Shown in pieces: positions 6,854-16,440 of a DNA stretch of 56,441 nucleotides. Positions within the stretch are counted from its first letter, which is position 1. Each line of letters opens with the position of its first letter. The notes beneath the pieces are model-generated. The model was not told the DNA's origin and searched no databases. It worked only from the letters and a program-made list of their open reading frames with translations. Origin of the DNA: an uncultured Lachnoclostridium sp. (GTDB lineage: Bacteria > Bacillota > Clostridia > Lachnospirales > Lachnospiraceae); NCBI GenBank assembly GCA_964625275.1, contig CAZVBH010000001.1, positions 1-56,441 of the forward strand. The letters are read 5' to 3'. Position numbers and translations under genes: made by a program.

Positions 6854-7822
6854 ATGAGAGGTCAATACCATATTGTTGTACAGAACAACAGGATACGTTA
6901 TGAGTTAAATATACGTCGCAATATCACTATCATTCAAGGTGATAGTGCAACTGGAAAGACAACTTTGGTGAATTTAATTGAACAAGCTGCTACTTTAGGA
7001 GAAGGTTCGGGGATAGATGTAATCTGTAAATGTCCATGCAGAACGTTGAGAGGAAATGATTGGCAGTTGATTTTAGCTGGTACTCATGAGCATATAATCT
7101 TTATTGACGAGGAAAATATTTTTATAAAGTCAATAGAATTTGCAAGAATGGTAAAAGAATCTGATAATTATTTCGTAATAGTAACTCGAGAGAGTCTGCC
7201 TAATTTACCATATTCGGTTGAAGAAATATATGGAATACATACTTCAGGCAAGTACCATGATTTAAAAAGAACTTATAATGAAACTTATAAGATTTATAGC
7301 ACAGAACTAACTGACAATAAAATCAAGCCCGAAATGGTAATTGTAGAAGATTCCAATGCAGGCTATGAATTTTTTTATTCGGTATTTAAGGAACATGGAA
7401 TAAACTGTTTAACCGCAAAAGGAAAGTCTAATTTGATTAAAATGACTTCACAGCAAAGTCAAGAAATTTTAATTATTGCCGACGGAGCAGCCATAGGTTC
7501 TGAAATGAATGAACTTTCAAAAATGATGGGTTGGAAAAAGTCTGTTAAGTGTTATCTTCCGGAATCTTTTGAATGGCTAATACTAAAATCTGGTCAGATT
7601 GATGGTAAAGAACTTCGGGATATATTATTACATCCAGAAGATTATATTAAAAGTGAAGAATATGTCAGTTGGGAAAGATATTTTGTTGCACTAATAGTTA
7701 GTTGCACCAAAGGAACCTATTTACAGTATTCTAAAAATAAGCTTAACGAGGTTTATTTAAAGGGCAAAATAAAGCAAGCAATTTTAGATGTAATTGAAGG
7801 TGTTGATTGGAATAATATTTGA
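6854..7822 (+). CDS. Mini P-loop ATPase (N-terminal ~115 aa) fused to a Toprim/DUF4435-like C-terminal domain.
   Basis: RBS GAGGAG. Walker A GDSATGKTT (aa 29-37), Walker B-like HIIFIDEE (aa 80-87), FVIVTRES. The C-terminal half has MVIVEDSNAGYEFF (E165) and ILIIADGAAIG (D210), a strand-E ... strand-D pattern like Toprim. The domain call is not HMM-verified. Confidence 0.55.
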   Translation: MRGQYHIVVQNNRIRYELNIRRNITIIQGDSATGKTTLVNLIEQAATLGEGSGIDVICKCPCRTLRGNDWQLILAGTHEHIIFIDEENIFIKSIEFARMVKESDNYFVIVTRESLPNLPYSVEEIYGIHTSGKYHDLKRTYNETYKIYSTELTDNKIKPEMVIVEDSNAGYEFFYSVFKEHGINCLTAKGKSNLIKMTSQQSQEILIIADGAAIGSEMNELSKMMGWKKSVKCYLPESFEWLILKSGQIDGKELRDILLHPEDYIKSEEYVSWERYFVALIVSCTKGTYLQYSKNKLNEVYLKGKIKQAILDVIEGVDWNNI

Positions 7823-7899
7823 TAATAACTTAAAATAGTAGAATTAAAAACAGAATTTTCGTTAGGCTCTGTTATATACTACAACCGAGGAGAAGCAAA

Positions 7900-9153
7900 A
7901 TGAGATTTTTACATTTATCAGACCTGCATATTGGCAAGTCACTTTATGGGGTATCATTATTGGGAAATGGAGACCAGGGAAAATGGGTCGAGGACTTTAT
8001 TACCCTGGCAGAGAATTTAAAGCCTGATGCAATAGTAATTGCAGGGGATATTTATGACCGAAGTGCTCCGTCAGGAGAGGCGGTCGAGTTACTGGATAAG
8101 CTGGTGACGGAGATTTCAAACCTTGACATCCCTCTTCTTATGGTCGCAGGCAACCATGATTCGGCGCAGAGGCTTAGCTTTGGCGGAAGCCTTTTGGCAA
8201 AGCAAAATTTACATATTTCAGGTACACTTTCTAAAGAATTGCCACATGTAACTCTGGAAGATGAGTATGGTCCGGTCACCTTTTGGCTTATGCCATACGT
8301 ATTTCCACATCTGGTGGCAGCTGTGCTTGAGGATGACAGCATTCGTGACTATGAAACGGCAGTCAGAAGATTGCTTGAAAGTCAAAATATTGATTTTACA
8401 AAGAGAAATGTGCTGGTAGCTCATCAGAATGTAACCCAAGGAGGCAAGGAAGCTGAAAGAGGTGGCTCAGAATCCATGGTGGGTGGAATTGACGGAATTG
8501 ACTATACTGCCTTTGACGGCTTTGATTATGTTGCATTAGGTCACATTCATTCAGCTTATTCAGTAGGACGTGATACCGTACGTTATGCAGGCTCGCCATT
8601 GTGCTATCACTTTGATGAGACCAGACAGAAGAAAAAAGGGCCTGTTTTAGTAGAGCTTGGCAAAAAAGGAACGGAGGTATCAATTGCAACTCAAACCATA
8701 GAGCCACTGCATCCTTTAAGAGAAATAAAGGGCGACTATAACGATATTATTAACGCTGAGACAAATAATAAGACAGAGGGTGAATATATTCGCATCGTTT
8801 TGAAAGACCGTCCTGTTGATCTAGACATTTCAACAAACCTTCATGAAATGTTTGAAAATCGACATAGCATCTTAATGGCGCTGACCAGTGAATATTATCG
8901 ATTTTCTTCGGTGGAATCATTAGAGACAACGAAAGATGTAGCAGCTAAATCCTTAGAGGAGCTTTTTTCAGATTTTTATACCCAGCTTAATGGCGGTATT
9001 CAGCCAGATGAGAGTAAGCAGGCCGTTTTAAAATTAGCAGAAGATATGGTGCGACGAGGAGAATTTAATGACCAAAATATTCCAAGCGAGAAAGAAGTTG
9101 ATGAATTGCTTGATTTTGTATTAAAACAGGAGGATGAGAATGAGACCGATTAA
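7900..9153 (+). CDS. sbcD: Exonuclease SbcCD, nuclease subunit SbcD.
   Basis: Calcineurin-type phosphoesterase motifs MRFLHLSDLHIG, GDIYD, AGNHD, GHIH. Translationally coupled to sbcC. Confidence 0.85.
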   Translation: MRFLHLSDLHIGKSLYGVSLLGNGDQGKWVEDFITLAENLKPDAIVIAGDIYDRSAPSGEAVELLDKLVTEISNLDIPLLMVAGNHDSAQRLSFGGSLLAKQNLHISGTLSKELPHVTLEDEYGPVTFWLMPYVFPHLVAAVLEDDSIRDYETAVRRLLESQNIDFTKRNVLVAHQNVTQGGKEAERGGSESMVGGIDGIDYTAFDGFDYVALGHIHSAYSVGRDTVRYAGSPLCYHFDETRQKKKGPVLVELGKKGTEVSIATQTIEPLHPLREIKGDYNDIINAETNNKTEGEYIRIVLKDRPVDLDISTNLHEMFENRHSILMALTSEYYRFSSVESLETTKDVAAKSLEELFSDFYTQLNGGIQPDESKQAVLKLAEDMVRRGEFNDQNIPSEKEVDELLDFVLKQEDENETD

Positions 9154-12100
9154 ATTAAAAATGACAGCTTTTGGTTCCTATGCAAAAGAAACGACAGTAG
9201 ACTTTAGCCAACTGACTAATGGGCTCTATCTTATCACCGGTGATACAGGCGCAGGTAAGACTACTATTTTTGATGCCATAGTATTTGCGCTATATGGCGA
9301 AGCAAGTGGTTCTGATAGAGTTGTTAATAAGATGCATTCTGACTATGTATCAAAAGAAACTGATACTGTAGTTGAGTTGGAATTCTCTCATGGTGGAAAA
9401 ACTTATAAGGTAGAGAGAAAATTTCATTTCCCAAAAATCAAGGGGACAAAAGATCAATATAGAGAAGTAAGTGAACCAAATGCAAATTTTTCTGAAGAAG
9501 GAAATGTAAATCCAATAACAAAAGCAGGTTCTGTAACCGCACGCTGCACAGAAATCCTCGGAATGGATGCTAAGCAGTTTAAAAAAATTGTCATGCTGGC
9601 TCAGGGTGAGTTTAAGAAATTTTTACAGGCGAAAAGTAATGAAAAAAATCAAATACTGGGAAATCTTTTTGACAATGAGCCCTATGTACGTTATCAAAAT
9701 CTTTTAGAAGCTGCAAAGGGCAAGCTGTATGGACGTCGTGAAGAATATGTTGATAAAAGAAATGATGCTTTGCAGAATGTTTTCATTATGCCCGAGGGAA
9801 TTGCTGATGCAGATAAAAATGACTATCTTCCTGACAATCCGGAGCTGTTAGCAAATTTGAGCAAGCTTATCAATGAGGAAGTGAAGCAATTAGAGGAGCT
9901 TAATGAAATTCGTAGAAAAGAGGAAGCTAAAAAATCGGATTTGACCTTTAAAAAGGGTGAGGCAGCAGGGAACAATAGTCTTTTAAAAGAGCTTGAAGAT
10001 AAAAATAAAGAGCAGGAGAGCTTGGCTTTAAAAGAGAATGAAATGAAGCTTCTTAAAGACGAATATGATAAGGTAGAGTGTGTATTTAATAAAGTAAAGC
10101 CAAAGGAAGAACGCCGGTACGAGGCATACGTCGCCGTCAACGAGGCAAAAAAAGAAATAGCTTCACTTCAAAAAAGAATAGAGGAGCAGGAAGAAGAATT
10201 AAATAAAGCCAAGAAGTTGGTTGAGGCTGATAAGGAGAATAAAGAGAAGATTAGAAAACTTGATAATGCTCTTCAAAATCTTGAAAGTGCAATGCCAAAA
10301 TATGATGAGCTTGAAAACAGGCAGAAAGCCTTAGCAGACTCATTAAGGCAGAATAATTCTTTAGAAAAAGAGCTTGAACAAAAACAGCAAAAAGAGGAAG
10401 AAATTGAAGTTAGCCTAAAGGAGATTAAGGAAAAAATAGAGAAGAGCTCTGATATAGATGTAAGAGTAGAAGCTCAGAAAAATGTTGCAATAAAAGCCTT
10501 GGAAGATGTTAATGCTCTGATTTCACTTAATAAAAAGTTAAAAGCTTATTATGAGCAAAAAGCAATTTTAGATAAACAGACTGAAGAGCTAAAATCCTTG
10601 ACAAATAGTGCTGCTTCTGCTGCGGAAAAGCATCAAAAGCTTTATCTGGCATTTATAAATGGACAGGCCGGTCTTTTGGCTGAAGACTTAGAAAAAGAGT
10701 TAGACGAATGGGGTAGTGCTTTTTGTCCTGTATGTAATTCGAGAATTTTGGCAGGAGAGCAGCATTATTTCCCAAAGCGAGATAAAAATACACCGACAAA
10801 GGAAGAACTGGATGAAGCTAAGAAAAAATTAGACGAGCTGGAGAACAAAAGAGCTCAAAAGAAAAGCGAGGTTGATTTACTAAGTGGTAAGCTTGAAATT
10901 TCACAGAAAGCAATTTTAGAGGACAGTACGAAAGTACTACCTGCTTGTGAAGGCTGGGTTCAGCTTACTAGTGAGCAGTATATTATAGAAAATTATAGTA
11001 AACTATATAAGATATATACTGACGAAAAAAATAAATATGATATTTTATGTAAAGAACAGAAGGACCATAAAAAGCTGACAAAAGAGCAGGAAGAATTGCA
11101 GGAGAAAAATGAAAATCTCAAGGCTGCCATTAAAAAGCTCTCAGAGGATAAAAATAAGGAATCTGCTAATGCAAAAGCTTATGAAGCTACAATTTCAGAG
11201 CTGAAAAAACAGCTAAGCTTTCCTAATGAAAATCAGGCTAAAGAGACTCAAAGAAGATGGAGCTTAGAGAAGCAAAGCTTGGAAGAGCTGGTAAGGAAGC
11301 ATGAAGAATCGCAAAAATCGGCACAGGAAAAGCTTACTGAAACTACCGGTAATCTTAAAGGTAGGCAGGATAGCTTGCCAGGCTTAGAACAAAAGCTGAC
11401 AGAGGCAAAACGTGACTTTAAGGAGGCTTATATTCAGGCAGGCTTTGAGGACTCTCAGGATTACCAAGAATTTTTAGACTTCTCACAACCAAAAGATCCA
11501 CAGCGGTGGCTTGAAGAAACAAATGAAGAATTGCAGGCTTATAAAACAAGCTGCATATCGGTGAAAAAAAGAATTCAAGAGCTCAGTGAACAGACTAAAA
11601 ATCTGAAATATACTGACATAGCTTTACTTGAAGAGCAAATTTATATTGCAGAAGAACGTATTAAAGAAGCTTCTGACTCTTGTAGAAAATTGGAAAACCT
11701 GCGTGATAATCACAAAAAGGTAAAAGAAAAGGTGAAAGAAGCAAACAGTTATCTGAAAAAGACCGATGCTGCCTATAAGCGTCTTAAAGAGCTTGCCGAT
11801 TTGGCAGTCGGCTCAAAGAGTGAAGGTGGTAGGCTGAGCTTTGACAGATTTGTAATGGGTGCGGTATTTAGGGAAATTCTTGCAATGGCCAATGTACGAC
11901 TTGATGTTATGAGTGGAGGAAAGTACAAGCTTGTACATCAGCTAGAGGCTTCAAGAACAAATGGGGCGGCAGGCCTGGAAATTGAAGTGCTGGATATGAA
12001 TACAGGGCAGCAAAGAGCAGCGTCTTCATTGTCCGGAGGAGAGTCCTTCTTAGCCTCTCTGTCGCTGGCGCTTGGACTTTCTGATGTTGTGCAGCTTCAT

Positions 12101-12319
12101 GCAGGAGGAAGGAAGCTTGATGCAATGTTTATAGATGAGGGCTTTGGCTCACTTGACGACGGTACCTTAGATACAGCAATCAGAGTACTAAATCAGTTGA
12201 CAGAGGGCAACCGGCTTATTGGCGTAATTTCTCATGTGGCCAAGCTTGAAGAGAGCATACCACAAAAAATTCGCGTGAAGAATAGCAATGAAGGCAGCTC
12301 CCTCACAATTGAATGTTAG
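9140..12319 (+). CDS. sbcC: Exonuclease SbcCD, ATPase subunit SbcC.
   Basis: Walker A GDTGAGKTT, long coiled coil, zinc hook CPVC, LSGGESF, Walker B MFIDEGFG. ATG 9140 is preferred (GGAGG 6 nt upstream); the ORF track starts at 9134. Confidence 0.85.
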   Translation: MRPIKLKMTAFGSYAKETTVDFSQLTNGLYLITGDTGAGKTTIFDAIVFALYGEASGSDRVVNKMHSDYVSKETDTVVELEFSHGGKTYKVERKFHFPKIKGTKDQYREVSEPNANFSEEGNVNPITKAGSVTARCTEILGMDAKQFKKIVMLAQGEFKKFLQAKSNEKNQILGNLFDNEPYVRYQNLLEAAKGKLYGRREEYVDKRNDALQNVFIMPEGIADADKNDYLPDNPELLANLSKLINEEVKQLEELNEIRRKEEAKKSDLTFKKGEAAGNNSLLKELEDKNKEQESLALKENEMKLLKDEYDKVECVFNKVKPKEERRYEAYVAVNEAKKEIASLQKRIEEQEEELNKAKKLVEADKENKEKIRKLDNALQNLESAMPKYDELENRQKALADSLRQNNSLEKELEQKQQKEEEIEVSLKEIKEKIEKSSDIDVRVEAQKNVAIKALEDVNALISLNKKLKAYYEQKAILDKQTEELKSLTNSAASAAEKHQKLYLAFINGQAGLLAEDLEKELDEWGSAFCPVCNSRILAGEQHYFPKRDKNTPTKEELDEAKKKLDELENKRAQKKSEVDLLSGKLEISQKAILEDSTKVLPACEGWVQLTSEQYIIENYSKLYKIYTDEKNKYDILCKEQKDHKKLTKEQEELQEKNENLKAAIKKLSEDKNKESANAKAYEATISELKKQLSFPNENQAKETQRRWSLEKQSLEELVRKHEESQKSAQEKLTETTGNLKGRQDSLPGLEQKLTEAKRDFKEAYIQAGFEDSQDYQEFLDFSQPKDPQRWLEETNEELQAYKTSCISVKKRIQELSEQTKNLKYTDIALLEEQIYIAEERIKEASDSCRKLENLRDNHKKVKEKVKEANSYLKKTDAAYKRLKELADLAVGSKSEGGRLSFDRFVMGAVFREILAMANVRLDVMSGGKYKLVHQLEASRTNGAAGLEIEVLDMNTGQQRAASSLSGGESFLASLSLALGLSDVVQLHAGGRKLDAMFIDEGFGSLDDGTLDTAIRVLNQLTEGNRLIGVISHVAKLEESIPQKIRVKNSNEGSSLTIEC

Positions 12320-12348
12320 TTTCTCAGATAAAATTGAAAGAAGATATA

Positions 12349-12351
12349 ATG
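12349..12351 (+). other. Preferred start codon of the YaaO-like gene.
   Basis: ATG 12313 overlaps the sbcC stop and has no RBS. ATG 12349 follows GAAAGAAG. Confidence 0.4.
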
Positions 12352-13899
12352 ACTTTATTAGAAAAATTAAAGGCACATTGCAATCAGGAAAACTATCCTA
12401 TGCATATGCCGGGACATAAAAGGAATTTAAATTTACTGGATGCTTATCAGACTGACATAACTGAAATTGAGGGCTTTGATAACCTTCACCATCCGACAGG
12501 TATTCTAAAGAACAGCATGGAGCATGCAGCTAAGCTTTATGGAACACTTGATTCAATCTATGTAGTAAATGGCTCAACTGCAGCCCTGCTTTCGGCAATT
12601 CATGTAGCTGTGCCAAGGGCTGGCAGGCTTTTAATGGCGCGTAACTGCCATTTAAGTGTATATAATGCAGTCATGCTTCGGAATTTAAATCCGGTTTATG
12701 TCTATCCCACAAAAGGACTTATAAAAGCAGAGGATGTGGAAGCAGCACTTGAAGAAAATGAGGATATCGCCGCAGCAATCATCACCTCACCTTCCTATGA
12801 AGGATATTTTAGTGACATTAAAGCTATTTCAGAAATTTGTCATAAAAGGAATGTGACACTTATTGTCGATGAAGCCCATGGAGCTCATCTTCCATTTATT
12901 CATACTAAGAATACCAGTGGAAAGAATTCTTATGAATCTTTTTTTGGAGTAAGCTCTTTATACCAGGGAGCTGATTTGGTAATTCAGAGTCTGCATAAAA
13001 CTCTTCCGGCCATGACACAGACTGCAATTCTTCATAGAAATTCAAATCGGATTGCTTATCGTGATTTGTTAAGGGCGCTTGACATATATGAAACCAGCTC
13101 ACCCTCTTATGTACTGATGAGTTCGATAGAAGAATGTATTCTGTATATGGAGAAAAATGCAGACAGATTATTTGCAGCTTACAAAAAAAACTTAGAAGAC
13201 ATCTATTCCTTTGCAGAAGCTCAGCTTTCAGGGCTGCTTTTGCCTATAAGCTTAGAAAAGAACCCGGAAAAAGTCCGCAATGTAATGCGTGATCCGGGAA
13301 AAATCCTGATAGACGGCAAAAAGTTGTCAATGACAGGTAGACAAATATATGATATAATTTATCGTGATTATGGTCTGGTAGCAGAGATGTACGAAGGTGA
13401 GTACTGTCTGCTGCTTACGTCGGTTTGTGATACGAATGAAGGCTTTGAAAGATTAAAAAAAGCACTAGTGGCTTTAACCTTAAAGGCTTCGAAAAATGAA
13501 AAAGCTTTGAAGAATGAAAAAGCTTTGAAGAATGAAAAAACCTCCATACTTAGCCTGCCGGAATTTCCAAAAGCAGAAAAACGTTTAAATCCCTCTAGGG
13601 CAGAAGAGCTTCCGTCTGAGTGGATAAGTCTTGAAGCTTTAGAAGAGGCTGTAAAAGCTAAGGCTGCTGAAGCTGAAAGCTTTTCAGATATAGACTCCAT
13701 TAAGGCGTCAGATGATTATTCCGCAATTATTTCGGCAACAACAATTACAGCCTATCCGCCGGGAGTACCGATAGTTACTGCCGGAGAGCTGATTAACGAG
13801 GAGGTTTTAAGCTTCATAAAGACCGAAATTAAGTCAGGTGCTGAAATATATGGCATTGATAATGACGGAATTTATATACTTAGCAAAAAGATGATTTAG
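12349..13899 (+). CDS. PLP-dependent Orn/Lys/Arg decarboxylase-family protein (YaaO-like).
   Basis: HMPGHKR near the N-terminus and PLP-lysine context QSLHKTLPAMTQ. ATG 12349 is preferred over 12313. Confidence 0.8.
   Translation: MTLLEKLKAHCNQENYPMHMPGHKRNLNLLDAYQTDITEIEGFDNLHHPTGILKNSMEHAAKLYGTLDSIYVVNGSTAALLSAIHVAVPRAGRLLMARNCHLSVYNAVMLRNLNPVYVYPTKGLIKAEDVEAALEENEDIAAAIITSPSYEGYFSDIKAISEICHKRNVTLIVDEAHGAHLPFIHTKNTSGKNSYESFFGVSSLYQGADLVIQSLHKTLPAMTQTAILHRNSNRIAYRDLLRALDIYETSSPSYVLMSSIEECILYMEKNADRLFAAYKKNLEDIYSFAEAQLSGLLLPISLEKNPEKVRNVMRDPGKILIDGKKLSMTGRQIYDIIYRDYGLVAEMYEGEYCLLLTSVCDTNEGFERLKKALVALTLKASKNEKALKNEKALKNEKTSILSLPEFPKAEKRLNPSRAEELPSEWISLEALEEAVKAKAAEAESFSDIDSIKASDDYSAIISATTITAYPPGVPIVTAGELINEEVLSFIKTEIKSGAEIYGIDNDGIYILSKKMI
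13492..13539 (+). repeat. In-frame 18-bp tandem repeat (about 2.7 units) encoding KNEKAL KNEKAL KNEK.
   Basis: Read directly: aaaaatgaaaaagctttg / aagaatgaaaaagctttg / aagaatgaaaaa. Confidence 0.9.
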
Positions 13900-13912
13900 G
13901 GGGCTTATTCAA

Positions 13913-14521
13913 TTGGGAAAGCTGTTTTTAGTAATGGGAAAAAGTGCAACAGGCAAGGACCATATTTATAAAGAGGTTCTGCAAATTGTAAACGAAGGGT
14001 TAAAGGAACCTATTTTAAAGCCGGTTGTATCTTATACCACGAGACCTAAAAGAGCAATGGAAACAGATGGCAATGAATACCATTTCGTATCTGTAGACAG
14101 GATGAATGAGCTCGATAAGGCAGGAAAGATAATTGAAAAAAGAGTTTATCATACCATCTATGGTGATTGGCATTATTTCACCAGCGATGACGGACAGATA
14201 GATTTAGCTGCGCATGACAGCATAATCATAGTCACGCCCGAGGCTTATGGAAATATTCGAAAATATTTCGGAGAAGAGCTTGTAAGACCTGTCTATATTG
14301 AAATAGATGATGGCGAAAGACTCAGACGTGCAATGAAAAGAGAAGCAAAGCAGGAAAAGCCTGCATATGCAGAAATGTGCAGAAGATTTTTAGCTGATGA
14401 AAAAGACTTTTCAGAAGAGGTTCTTAGGAATCTTGGAATAAATAAGAAATTTATAAATGACGATTTTGATACCTGCGTGCAGGAAATCGTCGCATATATA
14501 GAGAGCGAAAGCAGGAATTAA
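13913..14521 (+). CDS. Guanylate-kinase-family protein.
   Basis: P-loop GKSATGKD and YTTRPKRAMETDGNEYHFVS (the GMP-kinase TTRxxRxxExxGxxYxF pattern). TTG start 8 nt after GGGGG. Confidence 0.6.
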   Translation: MGKLFLVMGKSATGKDHIYKEVLQIVNEGLKEPILKPVVSYTTRPKRAMETDGNEYHFVSVDRMNELDKAGKIIEKRVYHTIYGDWHYFTSDDGQIDLAAHDSIIIVTPEAYGNIRKYFGEELVRPVYIEIDDGERLRRAMKREAKQEKPAYAEMCRRFLADEKDFSEEVLRNLGINKKFINDDFDTCVQEIVAYIESESRN

Positions 14522-15502
14522 ATGGCTGGATTTGAGGATATTGTAGGACAAAAAAGAATTATTAATCATTTGAAAAATGCCATTAAACTTGACAGACCGT
14601 CCCATGCCTATATTTTTCATGGTGATGATGGAATTGGAAAGCGACTTACGGCAGAGATTTTTGCAAAAGGGCTTCTTTGTGAAAAAATAGAAGGGGCACC
14701 CTGTGGCAAATGTCGTTCCTGCATACAGATGGATACCGGCAACAACCCTGACTTCATAAAGGTTACGCACGAAAAGAGTGTAATTAGTGTAGATGATATA
14801 CGTTCGCAGCTTATAAGTGAAATGCAGATAAAGCCATATACTGCAAAATATAAGATTTTTATGGTTGATGAAGCAGAAAAAATGAATGAGCAGGCTCAAA
14901 ATGCACTTCTAAAAACCTTAGAAGAGCCGCCTGAATATGGAGTAATCATTTTGCTGACAAACAACCTGAATATGTTTTTGGATACAATCCTCTCAAGAGC
15001 CGTAGCCCTGGCATTTATGCCGGCAGGCAGGTCAGAAATTAAGGAATTTCTAATGAAAAAAAGAGCAATTCCTGATTATCAGGCGAGGACGGCAGCGGCT
15101 TGTGCAGGGGGATGTCCCGGAAAAGCACTTAACTGGGTTGACAGTGAAGAATTTTCCGAAAGACGTGAAAAAAGCATGGAGGTCCTCAAAAAAATCGGAA
15201 AAATGGAACCGGCTTTCGCAATCAAAAGGTCAAAGGAATGGGCCAAGCAAAAGGATGACATTGATTTTTTCAGAAGGCTTCTTGAGGCATGGATAAGGGA
15301 TGTGCTTTATGTAAAGGCAACCGGCCGTACGGGAAGGTGCATGTTTGTGGACGAGAGTACTCTTCTAAAAGAACAGGCCGGAAAGCTGAGCTTCGAAAAG
15401 CTCGGACATATTCTTGAAATGAATGAATTGCTCGGCGAAAGACTGGGCTCTAATGTAAATACAGAGGTTAGCCTTGAAAGGCTTTTAATGGAACTTGGCT
15501 AA
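14522..15502 (+). CDS. holB: DNA polymerase III delta' subunit.
   Basis: HAYIFHGDDGIGK, zinc module CGKCRSC, Walker B FMVDEAEKM, SRA motif ILSRA. Confidence 0.85.
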   Translation: MAGFEDIVGQKRIINHLKNAIKLDRPSHAYIFHGDDGIGKRLTAEIFAKGLLCEKIEGAPCGKCRSCIQMDTGNNPDFIKVTHEKSVISVDDIRSQLISEMQIKPYTAKYKIFMVDEAEKMNEQAQNALLKTLEEPPEYGVIILLTNNLNMFLDTILSRAVALAFMPAGRSEIKEFLMKKRAIPDYQARTAAACAGGCPGKALNWVDSEEFSERREKSMEVLKKIGKMEPAFAIKRSKEWAKQKDDIDFFRRLLEAWIRDVLYVKATGRTGRCMFVDESTLLKEQAGKLSFEKLGHILEMNELLGERLGSNVNTEVSLERLLMELG

Positions 15503-15516
15503 GGGAGGTTTCAACA

Positions 15517-16437
15517 ATGGTAACAATTATCGGAGTACGTTTCAGACGTACAGGAAAAATATATTATTTCAGCCCGGGCGAATTTGAAATTTGCACCGGT
15601 GAACATGTAGTGGTGGAAACCATACGAGGTGTGGAATACGGCTTCGTAATTCTTGGACCAAAAGAAATTTCAGAGGATGAGCTGGTTTCTCCGCTAAAAG
15701 AAATTATCAGGCCTGCAACTCCGGAGGATGATGCGCAATATGCAGAAAATCTCGAGATGGAAAAAAAGGCAATTGTCATCTGCAGAGAAAAATGCGAAAA
15801 GCATGAGCTGGTGATGAAGGTAGTAGACTGCGAATATACCTTTGACCGTAATAAGGTGCTTTTTTACTTTACGGCAGACGGACGAGTTGACTTCAGAGAG
15901 CTCGTAAAGGATCTTGCATCTGTATTTAGAACAAGAATTGAGCTTAGACAGATAGGTGTAAGAGATGAGACAAAGCTTCTTGGAGGTATTGGTATTTGTG
16001 GACGAGAGGTTTGCTGTGCAAGCTATCTAAGCGAATTTATCCCAGTATCAGTAAAAATGGCAAAGGAACAGAGCCTGAGCCTTAATCCGACAAAAATAAG
16101 TGGAAACTGTGGACGACTTATGTGCTGTCTTAAATATGAGGAAGATGCCTACGAGTATTTAAATTCAAAGCTGCCGGGAATAGGAGATCATGTAATCACC
16201 TCAGATGGTCATCATGGAGAGGTTGTATCAACCTCCGTATTGAAGCAAAAGGTCAAGGTTTCACTGATTGTCAATGAGGGCAATGGACGTGATGATGATA
16301 TCAGAGAAATCAAGGAATATCCTGTCAGTGAGCTTAGGTTTAAGCCTTCAAAGCATCGTATTCACAAAGAGGATGATGCTGAAGCAAAAAAGCTGGAAGC
16401 ACTTGAAAGAAGAGAAAATAAGCATTTAGAGGACTAA
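15517..16437 (+). CDS. ricT: PSP1-domain protein (YaaT/RicT, stage 0 sporulation protein family).
   Basis: IGVRFRRTGKIYYF..., cysteine cluster CGREVCCASYL ... CGRLMCCLKYE. Confidence 0.85.
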   Translation: MVTIIGVRFRRTGKIYYFSPGEFEICTGEHVVVETIRGVEYGFVILGPKEISEDELVSPLKEIIRPATPEDDAQYAENLEMEKKAIVICREKCEKHELVMKVVDCEYTFDRNKVLFYFTADGRVDFRELVKDLASVFRTRIELRQIGVRDETKLLGGIGICGREVCCASYLSEFIPVSVKMAKEQSLSLNPTKISGNCGRLMCCLKYEEDAYEYLNSKLPGIGDHVITSDGHHGEVVSTSVLKQKVKVSLIVNEGNGRDDDIREIKEYPVSELRFKPSKHRIHKEDDAEAKKLEALERRENKHLED

Positions 16438-16440
16438 CGC

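Noticed and set aside
14411-14899. 162-aa minus-strand ORF overlapping the kinase/holB junction
   Set aside because: It is antisense to two well-supported genes and has a low-complexity hydrophobic translation.
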